Origin: a virus
Strand: one strand, 5' to 3'
Length of the DNA stretch: 30,757 nucleotides
Virus record (IMG/VR): IMGVR_UViG_3300045988_147730
Under the pieces are notes generated by a model. It saw only the letters and a program-made list of their open reading frames with translations, did not search any database and was not told where the DNA came from. Of this stretch, positions 1-7,600 are shown piece after piece. Each line of letters begins with the position of its first letter. The first letter of the stretch is position 1. The position numbers and the translations under genes were made by a program.

Positions 1-99
1 CTTTTTTTTTGAAATCTTCCCATGATATTTCCTTATTTTTTTCCTTGTCTTCTGCTTTATCTAAAACATGATCTAATAAATACTGTAATGCTTTCAATC
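1..99. repeat. Terminal direct repeat, copy 1 (identical to 30659..30757); circular-closure overlap
   Basis: Compared base by base: 1-99 (CTTTTTTTTTGAAATCTTCCCATG...GCTTTCAATC) equals 30659-30757, so the unique unit is 30,658 bp. Confidence 0.95.
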
Positions 100-355
100 T
101 AGTCGCATCGCTCTTGCTGTTTAAAGCAATTTCTTCAATCTTACTAAGATATAATTTAGATTTCTTGGTCATATCAACATCAATCTCATCTTTGATTTGT
201 TTCTTTCTTTTTTGTAATTCTTCTTTGAAATCTGGGTCTCGCATCCAGTTATAGAATGTTGTCCTACTTATTCCGAGAGTTTTACATATTTGAGCAACAC
301 TCATATCAGAAAGATACAAATCAATAGCATCTTTGTGTTTTTTCTCTATGAACAT
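1..355 (-). CDS. HTH protein, terminase-small-subunit-like; the ORF runs off position 1 and is completed across the circular junction (stop at 30645..30647)
   Basis: Absent from the ORF track because the window edge cuts it. My translation from ATG at 353-355: MFIEKKHKDAIDLYLSDMSVAQICKTLGISRTTFYNWMRDPDFKEELQKRKKQIKDEIDVDM...DATRLKALQYLLDHVLDKAEDKEKNKEISWEDFKKKVVNK (122 aa). SD AAGGAGGTGA lies upstream. The N-terminal HTH plus basic coiled region resembles phage small terminases, and the gene is upstream of terL in the circular map. A late-regulator role is not excluded. Confidence 0.55.
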   Translation of the reverse strand, partial: MFIEKKHKDAIDLYLSDMSVAQICKTLGISRTTFYNWMRDPDFKEELQKRKKQIKDEIDVDMTKKSKLYLSKIEEIALNSKSDATRLKALQYLLDHVLDKAEDKEKNKEISWEDFKKK

Positions 356-419
356 GATTATCACCTCCTTTTACAGTATATATCTATATAAACGATAATC
401 ACTATCAGTAAAAATACAT

Positions 420-453
420 AAAAAAAACCACCACCCAAAATATTAGGTGATGG
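420..453 (-). terminator. Rho-independent terminator between the early operon and the terS-like gene
   Basis: Minus strand reads CCATCACC-TAATATTTTG-GGTGGTGG followed by TTTTTTTT. The 8-bp stem has a G-U pair only on the minus strand; the plus strand would have a C-A mismatch. Confidence 0.7.
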
Positions 454-714
454 TTATAAGAAGGGTGGAAGATTGGAAAAATAAAAAAAATAGAGGTATC
501 TATATGTACGGTTAACATATAAACAAAGGTAAAGTTATAAAATAAAATAATTAATTTTAATAAACTTATGAGGTTGAGCCACTGCCCTCCTGTGTGACTC
601 ACTATATGTATATTAACTAAGTGTACACGTCAAACTTTTACTTGTTGATATAATACGATTTTATCGGTATATATTTTTTTTATATCTTTACAGTAGTGTC
701 AAATTATTTAACTA

Positions 715-1080
715 TTATGAATCTTCTTTGATATTCCCACATACATAATTATAACATTCGTCACATAACCATACAGAATCAGTCTCTTCACTTAATATAT
801 TAAGCATATGTCCTTGTTGGTTTATTTCCTTTTGGCAGTTATAACACTTAATACCAAGTAGTAATTCTTGTTTTAATTCTTCACTTATAGAATTATTAAG
901 TCTATATTGATTAGATTTATTCGCTTGTTGACATTTATAAGCACAATCTGTGAATTTATCACAATTATTACAACATATATTTGTACATATACCATCATTA
1001 TTTGATGCCATTAATTCTTTAGCTGTATCCATTCTTTTACAACCTAAATAAGTTAGATTTTCACATTTAAACTCTTCCAT
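715..1080 (-). CDS. Cysteine-rich hypothetical protein with a C-terminal CxxC...CxxC zinc-ribbon-like motif
   Basis: ORF track entry of 121 aa. Many Cys residues (CCNNC, CYNCQ...CDEC). SD AAGGGGTGAGG lies before the ATG. Confidence 0.6.
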   Translation of the reverse strand: MEEFKCENLTYLGCKRMDTAKELMASNNDGICTNICCNNCDKFTDCAYKCQQANKSNQYRLNNSISEELKQELLLGIKCYNCQKEINQQGHMLNILSEETDSVWLCDECYNYVCGNIKEDS

Positions 1081-1105
1081 AACCTCACCCCTTAAAAATA
1101 AGTAT

Positions 1106-1930
1106 TTATTTAATTATTATGAATCTTCCATTCTTATTTTTTATATTCTTATCTTCTTTGATAATTTTGCTAACTCTTTTCCTAATGTTTCTTTTGTAAT
1201 TCTTGACTGCATCTACATTATATAATAGTCTATTCCTTCTATCTCTTATTTCTTGATTACATATCCCGTATTCCAATGCCTTACTGATAAACTTTTGTTG
1301 ATTATCTGATAAACTCGGAAATATATTAGTGAAGAAATAATCGGTAATTTCACCATTCTTATTCTCTTCTTCATTATCTTCTATCTGTATATTTTCTTCC
1401 TCACTATCTATGTAATTATAATAAATAGGCTTATAACCTTCTCTTGGGTCAAAATAAAAGTCTGGATTCGACTTACTTTGAGATAAGTGTTTCAATTTCA
1501 ACTCTGCAAAAGTTAATAGGTAATTAATAAATTTACCGTTTAACTTCTTATCTGTTATTATCTTTTTTATATCTATAACAGAATTAATTTGTAAATCTTT
1601 CTCTAGTTTATGATTGTGTTCACCATGTAATATGCTATATAATCCTTCAAATACAAATTCCCTACTCTGCTGTCTATAATTTTCATAATCATATTTATTA
1701 TTATCGCCTAAGAATATTTTCTTTGCCTTACTTTCTGCCATATAAAATACTTTGAATATCCCATTCATTTCTTTAAAATTACTCTTTTTAATTTTAGGTA
1801 ATTGAATATTAAACCCTTCATATAATTCGCCTTTATAATATTGCTGCGTTCTAACTTCAAACACTTCTTCAAATAATAACTCTATAAATTCATCAACATC
1901 ATTTGCAACTAATATATTTTCTATTTTCAT
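1106..1930 (-). CDS. Hypothetical protein; the C-terminus weakly resembles sigma-70 region 4 (possible late transcription regulator)
   Basis: The track ORF is 1106..1939, but its first codon GTG lies inside the SD. ATG at 1930 follows AAGGAGGGTG at proper spacing. The C-terminal LSDNQQKFISKALEYGICNQEIRD...KNYKRNIRKRV loosely fits an LS..Q..(V/I)...EI...R..K pattern. The function is speculative. Confidence 0.3.
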   Translation of the reverse strand: MKIENILVANDVDEFIELLFEEVFEVRTQQYYKGELYEGFNIQLPKIKKSNFKEMNGIFKVFYMAESKAKKIFLGDNNKYDYENYRQQSREFVFEGLYSILHGEHNHKLEKDLQINSVIDIKKIITDKKLNGKFINYLLTFAELKLKHLSQSKSNPDFYFDPREGYKPIYYNYIDSEEENIQIEDNEEENKNGEITDYFFTNIFPSLSDNQQKFISKALEYGICNQEIRDRRNRLLYNVDAVKNYKRNIRKRVSKIIKEDKNIKNKNGRFIIIK

Positions 1931-1954
1931 ATTAAACACCCTCCTTAAATTTAT

Positions 1955-2497
1955 TTAATAAAACCAAACATGATATCCATCGAATAACTGATTTTCAGAT
2001 AACCTAATCCTATATAACAAATCATATGATACATCTAATGCATTACTAGCCTCACTAATACTGTTAAAGTTCCATATTTCTAAAGTATTTAGATCTAGGA
2101 TTGTAGTTTTAACCTTATCATATTTAAAAACCCTATTTTTACTTCGATTAATCCATCTCAAGTTTTCAACATTATTATCTTTTTTATTTCTGTTTATATG
2201 GTCAATCTCAGGATAATTCTCTGGATTAGGTATATAAGCCATAGCAACTAAAAAATGAAGAGTATAATATCTTGCGTTACCATATCTATCATACAATGTC
2301 ACTCTTTCATAGTCATTATTATTGTTCTTTTTCTTGTTAAGCATCTTACCTGTGTACCTGTTCCATACTTCACCATTACTTGTTACTACATAATTTTTAT
2401 CAAAATCCTCAAATCCTTTAACTGTATTTAGAATCTTGAATTTTTTAGGTTTAATTTTCTTTAATTTCTTTCTCTCTTTTGTTTTCATGTATTTCAT
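1955..2497 (-). CDS. HNH homing endonuclease (NUMOD4/HNH_3 type) with a C-terminal HTH-like tail
   Basis: FEDFDKNYVVTSNGEVWN (NUMOD4-like), then EIDHINRNKKDNNVENLRWINRSKN (H-N-N motif). SD GGAGG lies 9 nt before the ATG. Confidence 0.9.
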   Translation of the reverse strand: MKYMKTKERKKLKKIKPKKFKILNTVKGFEDFDKNYVVTSNGEVWNRYTGKMLNKKKNNNNDYERVTLYDRYGNARYYTLHFLVAMAYIPNPENYPEIDHINRNKKDNNVENLRWINRSKNRVFKYDKVKTTILDLNTLEIWNFNSISEASNALDVSYDLLYRIRLSENQLFDGYHVWFY

Positions 2498-2498
2498 A

Positions 2499-2897
2499 CT
2501 ATAATACCTCCTTTAATGTTAATTCACCATTATCTGAATACTTTTTTCTATATTCCGTTATAACTGCTACAGTCTCTTTTTTTGATAAAAAATAGCTTTC
2601 CATTTCAACTTTAACGTTGTCTTCATCATCATAAACAATATACTTGTATTTTCTTAGCTTCCTATCTATTGTCGATTTGACCAACTTCATAAAATTATTA
2701 TATAAAAAAAAGCAAGGTGTATTTCTGCACCCTGCCAAATAATTGAATATATCAACACTACATATAGCATCAACATCATCACAATTAATATCAATTTTTA
2801 GTTTGTCTTTAGGTCTTTCTTCTTCATATATGTTATCTGTGTATATATGTATTTCGTCTTGATTACTCCTATTTTCTATTATTTCTATTGAATTCAC
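2499..2897 (-). CDS. Hypothetical early protein
   Basis: The track ORF is 2499..2912, but its TTG start lies inside the GGAGG. GTG at 2897 sits 8 nt after GGAGG, so I place the start there. Confidence 0.6.
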   Translation of the reverse strand: MNSIEIIENRSNQDEIHIYTDNIYEEERPKDKLKIDINCDDVDAICSVDIFNYLAGCRNTPCFFLYNNFMKLVKSTIDRKLRKYKYIVYDDEDNVKVEMESYFLSKKETVAVITEYRKKYSDNGELTLKEVL

Positions 2898-3022
2898 CTT
2901 AATTACCTCCAATTTTTTCTATTTTATTTTCTCACCTTTTTCTTCACATGCATATTTATCTTATTATGAAAGTGAATACCATATACTAAGAAATTAATAA
3001 CAAATAAATAATAACCTTCTAA

Positions 3023-3724
3023 TTAATTCTTATCTATCTCTTTTGATATTAATGAATCATAATACTCTTCACAAATATCAACTATATGCTTACATAATAA
3101 TTCAGGAATTATACTTCTTTCTTTTGCGTTTTTAAGTCCTTGAGTTCCCGTTCTACTTCCTCTAGGTGCAGGTACATGACATGGGTCACCGTTTTTACAC
3201 ATAGGTATAAAATTAGGATTCGGATGATTCGTCCATATGTCAGTCGGCTTCATCCTTCTTTCTTCGAATGGTCTATCGGTCATATATTTACAATAAGTAA
3301 CTGTATATCTTGGCAAATCCTTCATAAAGTTCATTTTTCTCATTCCACCTCGTGGATTCTCTATGAAATATATCAATTTAGGATTTAATTCTAATAATTC
3401 TCTAATTATATCTAATACATGCTGATTAACTTTATCACAAAACTTTGCATAATCACTTTTAGGTGCTAAATTAGCATTTTCTTCCTTAATTCTGTGGTGT
3501 GATATTCCTGCTATGCTATATGATGTACAATCGGGACTAACCCATATCACGTCTGGTACACCAAATCTATCTATGATATCTTGTGTCGTTATAGTTCCTA
3601 TATCAGCATACCAATCTATATTAGGATGTGATTTGTCCCATTCTATTGTATACACTTCATGTCCTTTCCTTTCAAATTGTTTGCTAACACTTCTAGTCCC
3701 TGCAAATAATTCTAACACTTTCAT
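3023..3724 (-). CDS. DNA (cytosine-5)-methyltransferase-like protein, orphan (no partner endonuclease seen)
   Basis: Motif I-like LELFAGTRS, motif IV-like DVIWVSPDCTSYSIAG, motif VI-like FIENPRGG, and C-terminal TQGLKNAKERSIIPELLCKHI (motif X-like). Motif order and spacing fit the C5-MTase fold. Confidence 0.7.
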   Translation of the reverse strand: MKVLELFAGTRSVSKQFERKGHEVYTIEWDKSHPNIDWYADIGTITTQDIIDRFGVPDVIWVSPDCTSYSIAGISHHRIKEENANLAPKSDYAKFCDKVNQHVLDIIRELLELNPKLIYFIENPRGGMRKMNFMKDLPRYTVTYCKYMTDRPFEERRMKPTDIWTNHPNPNFIPMCKNGDPCHVPAPRGSRTGTQGLKNAKERSIIPELLCKHIVDICEEYYDSLISKEIDKN

Positions 3725-3772
3725 ATTACCAATCTCCTTTTATATTATTTAATTATTTTATTTTCAATTCGG

Positions 3773-4261
3773 CTACTCTTGATAAAATACAGGTTCAATC
3801 CAAGTAACTCCATCATCTACACCTAAAACTTTAAACTCATCATATTTTAAATGTGGTCGTCTATCCCAGTCATATGCTATATTTTTTATTATTTCCCCTT
3901 TTACAATCTCAATTTCTTGTTTGAAACAAGCTAGATATTCTTCTGCTTTAATTTTTAAATCTAAATTATATTTATCTGAAATCTCTTGTAATTCATTAGC
4001 ATCTAAATGATTTCTTCTTCTATAAAATAATGTGATAATATTTTCTTCATTGCCCCAAGAATTGATATTTGCTTTAATTACATCTTGGTCAATCATACCT
4101 TTTGTATTTTTCATAAAGAAAATATTATTCTTTGGTTCTATTATAAATTCATGATTATCATCTTTTATTATTTCTACGTCTTCTAACCCTTCTAATAAGA
4201 ATTTTTTAACATCTTCTTTTCTCCCTTTTATTTCTAAATTTCCTTTTATATAATTACTCAT
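3773..4261 (-). CDS. Hypothetical early protein
   Basis: ORF track entry of 162 aa, with SD GGAGG 7 nt before the ATG. The N-terminus MSNYIKGNLEIKGRKEDVKKFL faintly resembles DUF1281/Api92-type ferredoxin-like N-termini (weak). Confidence 0.6.
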   Translation of the reverse strand: MSNYIKGNLEIKGRKEDVKKFLLEGLEDVEIIKDDNHEFIIEPKNNIFFMKNTKGMIDQDVIKANINSWGNEENIITLFYRRRNHLDANELQEISDKYNLDLKIKAEEYLACFKQEIEIVKGEIIKNIAYDWDRRPHLKYDEFKVLGVDDGVTWIEPVFYQE

Positions 4262-4366
4262 ACTATTACCTCCATTTATATTATTTAATTATTTTATTTT
4301 GTAACCTTTAAATTCTTTATCCACCAGTTTTTAAATCTAAGTCATTTTTATCACCACCTTATATTA

Positions 4367-4405
4367 TTTAATTAACATTAGCATCATAAAAATTACCTAT
4401 GATTT
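4367..4405 (-). promoter_or_regulatory. Early promoter/operator-like module, copy A
   Basis: Minus strand: TCATAGGTAATTTTT-ATGATGCTAA-TGTTAATTA, followed by SD AAGGTGGTGA and the mini-ORF ATG ACT TAG (4337-4345). Confidence 0.5.
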
Positions 4406-4673
4406 ATAATTTTTTTAATATTTTTCTCTTTATTTCATTTAATCTTTTGTCGAATTTATTTTTATATTTTTTCTTTAATCTTTTAGTTTTAACTCTTTCA
4501 TACATATAGGAATAATGATTTAATTCTTTATCTGTAGCTATTTTAAATAACAAATGTATCTCTGGTTGATTAATTATACTCCTGATTTTATTTGTTATTT
4601 CTTTAAAAGCATTTTTTATAAATTCATATATTTCCATCAAATATTCATCGCTTAGAAATTCTAATTTATCCAT
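4404..4673 (-). CDS. Hypothetical early protein (89 aa, basic C-terminus)
   Basis: ORF track entry. SD AAGGAGG lies before the ATG, directly downstream of module B. Confidence 0.6.
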   Translation of the reverse strand: MDKLEFLSDEYLMEIYEFIKNAFKEITNKIRSIINQPEIHLLFKIATDKELNHYSYMYERVKTKRLKKKYKNKFDKRLNEIKRKILKKL

Positions 4674-4690
4674 AGTATCCTCCTTATATT

Positions 4691-4730
4691 ACCGTATTAA
4701 CATTGATTCACTAAAAATTACCTATGAATT
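4691..4730 (-). promoter_or_regulatory. Early promoter/operator-like module, copy B
   Basis: Minus strand: TCATAGGTAATTTTT-AGTGAATCAA-TGTTAATAC-GGTAATATAAGGAGGATACTATG. TGTTAATAC fits an extended -10 (TGn + TAATAC). Confidence 0.5.
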
Positions 4731-4740
4731 AAAATTATTT

Positions 4741-5508
4741 TTATTTTGGCGATTCCTTTTCCCTTTTAAAAGGGAATACCATCTGTGAATTTGTAAAAGT
4801 GAATGGAGAAACTCCATTGAATGTGAACTTGTACTTTTTGGTACGAGTTGAAATTTAACTAAATTCTATATTAGGATTGAGTTCCCCTTTAAAGGCGAAG
4901 CGAAAACCTCTACTCTCACATTATCATTACAAAGTTTGGAGTACCGTTAAAATGAACTCCTATAATTTTAGTAGTCAACCATTGCAATTTAGACTTTCTC
5001 GTTTTAAAGCGAATAAGCTTGCTTCGAGGATAATTCGTTCTAATAATTCTTGAGATAATTCATTGTACTAAAGTTAATGTTACTTTAAGTAACATTGCTT
5101 ATTCTATTTTCCCATCACTTATCATAATGTTGTGGTTCTCACCCATGACAATGATAACTTTCTGTCTTCAAAGACGAAAACAGATTTGCCAAACGTATTT
5201 GTTTGCGTATCATACACACGTTAAATATCCGACACTAAAGTTTGGTGGTCACATATTTTATTTGTTTTAAACCTTATCTATCCCTTTGGTCGTCATAATA
5301 ATTAAAAACCAAATTATTATTCCTTCTTCCCCTTATCAAAGGGGAAATTATCTCTCATAATAATTTAATCATTGAATATATTAAAACCTCTTAAAATCCA
5401 TCCTATTGGATATTTTGACTATTCTGTGTTATACATATCATCACTACTTTATATGCTGTATTCAGATGTTACTTTGGATGTTACTTAACGAAACAACCTC
5501 CTATACTA
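4741..5508 (-). ncRNA. Candidate large structured non-coding RNA (class unknown; strand inferred from context only)
   Basis: No ORF of 60 aa or more in any frame. The segment is bracketed by module C (upstream) and module B (downstream). Many perfect hairpins are present (4757-4776, 4802-4818, 4938-4960, 5076-5096, 5161-5184, 5295-5320, 5327-5346). See findings. Confidence 0.3.
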
Positions 5509-5548
5509 CCGTATTAACAATTCTTAGTCCAAAAATTACGTATGAAAT
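5509..5548 (-). promoter_or_regulatory. Early promoter/operator-like module, copy C (no coding gene downstream)
   Basis: Minus strand: TCATACGTAATTTTT-GGACTAAGAAT-TGTTAATAC-GGTAGTATAGGAGGTTG. An SD-like TAGGAGG is retained, but no usable start codon follows. Confidence 0.45.
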
Positions 5549-5655
5549 ATTATTTGTGTCACTTTGAATTTATGAATGTAATGAATAAATGAACAAGTGT
5601 GACGAAAGAATTAATGGTTTATGTTAATTCTTGAGGAATAGCCCACTGCAAGTGC

Positions 5656-6018
5656 AATAAATAAAAATAAATAAAATTAAATAAATAAAAATAAATAAAA
5701 TTAAATAAATAAAATTAAATAAATAAAAACAAATATTATATATATTACAAATTCCAAAAAAATGGCACTTCAAATTGTACTTTTACATTGAAAAATACGC
5801 ATTATTTGTTAATTCCAAAAAAATGGCACTTTGAAATTGTATAATATACGCATAAATAATAAAAATAAATAAAATTAAATAAATAAAAATCTAATTTATA
5901 TATATTACAAATTCCAAGTTTTGGCCACTTCAAATTGTACTTATACATCGAAAAATATATGATATTTCTTAATTCCAAGTTTTGGCCACTTTGAAATTGT
6001 ATAATATACGCATAAATA
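5656..6018. repeat. Nested repeat array: two A-rich tandem tracts, each followed by a ~125-bp unit carrying two ~30-nt iteron-like sites (candidate replication origin)
   Basis: A-rich tracts at 5656-5730 and 5846-5889. Sites are a1 5750-5779, b1 5811-5841, a2 5910-5939 and b2 5971-6001. The repeats are certain; the origin function is inferred from position next to the helicase gene. Confidence 0.85.
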
Positions 6019-6023
6019 AAATT

Positions 6024-7571
6024 TTAATTAATATTTTTTATTATCCATACTCTATTTCTTTCTTTATTTATTTGAATTCTACTTTTTTCAATATGTAAAT
6101 TGTAATTAGCTTCTAAATAAGCATTGATTGTACTATAACTTTTTTGTAATCTATTTCTATTATCTTTTAATCCTATTATTTTGATTAATTCTTCTTGTTG
6201 TTGTTTATCCAAAGGCTTGTCTATTAATGATTCAATATAATCTTTTATTTTGTCTTTGTTCTGTTGTTCTTGAATTGCATCTAAATCAATTACTTTAGTT
6301 TTTAATCCCAACCATGATAATTGTGTTTCTATGAATTGCTCTGGGTTTAAATTATTTGCAAATTTTGTAAATTCATTTTTCTTTTTTAGTAAATTCGCAT
6401 ATGTAATTTTATCAAAAACAAATTCACCATTTTTTATGTGTATTCCATTGGGCAATTGATTTAATTTATTTCTATATTTAAGAGTAAATTCTTTTTTATC
6501 ACTTATAAGTAATTCAAAGTAGCTTAATTCTTTTTCAATACTTTTAAATTTTGCAATAAACTGTTTCTTATTTTTTTTATCTAAAAATAAGTTTATTTTA
6601 TAAGCATTTTTGATATCTTTGAATCTAACTCTACCAACAGATTGAAGTAGATTAACCTCTTCCCATGAATTAACAACTATATTTTTAACTTTATCATCTA
6701 TTATATTAATGCCATTATCTAACAATTTAGTAGTAATCAATACTTTGCATTTGAATTTTTCATTCATCACTATGTTATTGTATTCTTGTTTTGATTCTTT
6801 ATTTTTGCAACCACTATAAGTGAATACTGCACTTATTCCAAGCCTTTTAAGTTGTTTCAATAATTCATTACCTTTTGTAATACTAGAAACAAATATAATC
6901 CATTTATCTTTACTTTCGTCTTCTATTATCCTGTCTATTATTTGTTCTTGTTTGCTGTATGAATGTGGAAGCAAATAAGAGTAATCTCTATTTGTATCAT
7001 AATCAAATACTCTATTTTTACTTGCAATATTGATTGTATTATCTAATTGTCTCATTGTAGCACTCATGAATATTCTGATTGATTTATTATTTTCTTTTCT
7101 TATAAGCTCTTTGAATATTTTTTCCGTTTGTCCTGTCCATGAATCATCGAATATATACTGTATTTCATCGCAAATAATATAATCATAGATTTCTAAGTTA
7201 TAATCAATATCATACATTAACATTTCATTTAATGCTTGATAACTCATAACTGTAGTAGATTTAATTTTTTTAATTTCATCTAATTCAGATTCTTTAGTTG
7301 GGATTTCCATTTTATATTTAACCAATAAGTCTTTCTTTGTCTGTCTTGATAATCCAACTCTGTTAGTTAATAGTAGAATTTTCATTTCTTCTGTAATTTT
7401 CAAATCATTTAATTCATCAACATAGGGTATTAATATATTTTTAACGAAATAAGTTTTGCCTGTACCAGTTTGAGTTTTAATTTTGATTACATCGCCACAT
7501 CTCCATTTTTTATATTCATTTCCTATAACATCACTAACATAATTTATATTTAATTTTTTGTACTTAATCAT
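6024..7571 (-). CDS. SF2 (DEAD/DEAH-like) helicase
   Basis: Walker A KTQTGTGKTYF, DExx-like IICDEIQYIF, motif III-like FMSATM, and motif VI-like QSVGRVRF. SD AAGGAGG lies 8 nt before the ATG. Confidence 0.85.
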   Translation of the reverse strand: MIKYKKLNINYVSDVIGNEYKKWRCGDVIKIKTQTGTGKTYFVKNILIPYVDELNDLKITEEMKILLLTNRVGLSRQTKKDLLVKYKMEIPTKESELDEIKKIKSTTVMSYQALNEMLMYDIDYNLEIYDYIICDEIQYIFDDSWTGQTEKIFKELIRKENNKSIRIFMSATMRQLDNTINIASKNRVFDYDTNRDYSYLLPHSYSKQEQIIDRIIEDESKDKWIIFVSSITKGNELLKQLKRLGISAVFTYSGCKNKESKQEYNNIVMNEKFKCKVLITTKLLDNGINIIDDKVKNIVVNSWEEVNLLQSVGRVRFKDIKNAYKINLFLDKKNKKQFIAKFKSIEKELSYFELLISDKKEFTLKYRNKLNQLPNGIHIKNGEFVFDKITYANLLKKKNEFTKFANNLNPEQFIETQLSWLGLKTKVIDLDAIQEQQNKDKIKDYIESLIDKPLDKQQQEELIKIIGLKDNRNRLQKSYSTINAYLEANYNLHIEKSRIQINKERNRVWIIKNIN

Positions 7572-7600
7572 TTTAACTGCCTCCTTAATTTATTACTTAA

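Noticed and set aside
405-602. 65-aa minus-strand ORF in the gap before the terS-like gene
   Set aside because: It has no SD and a GTG start. Its Phe/Ile/Tyr-rich composition is typical of AT-rich noise, and it reads straight through the terminator hairpin at 420-453.
1955-2497. The HNH endonuclease as a terminase-associated cos-cleavage HNH
   Set aside because: It has the NUMOD4/HNH_3 homing-endonuclease architecture and lies about 1.6 kb from the terS-like gene with two genes in between. It is more likely a free-standing homing endonuclease.
3140-3752. Plus-strand ORFs (82 aa and 79 aa) antisense to the methyltransferase gene
   Set aside because: These are shadow ORFs opposite a well-supported gene. 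They have no SD and odd composition.
4741-5508. A hidden protein gene, tRNA or intron in the ORF-free segment
   Set aside because: Stops are dense in all frames. I saw no tRNA-like T-arm (GTTCGAATC-type) or cloverleaf, and there are no flanking split exons. A decayed pseudogene cannot be excluded without homolog comparison.
5750-6001. Sigma-54 promoter resemblance (TGGCAC ... TTGTA) in the iteron-like sites
   Set aside because: The spacing is N6/N7 rather than N5, and the critical -12 GC is GT. The type-2 sites read TGGCCAC. The orientation would also drive antisense transcription into the helicase gene.
5656-6018. CRISPR array
   Set aside because: The intervening spacers are themselves repeated or are simple A-rich tracts. 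The repeats come as paired a/b variants, and there are no cas genes or leader-like organisation.
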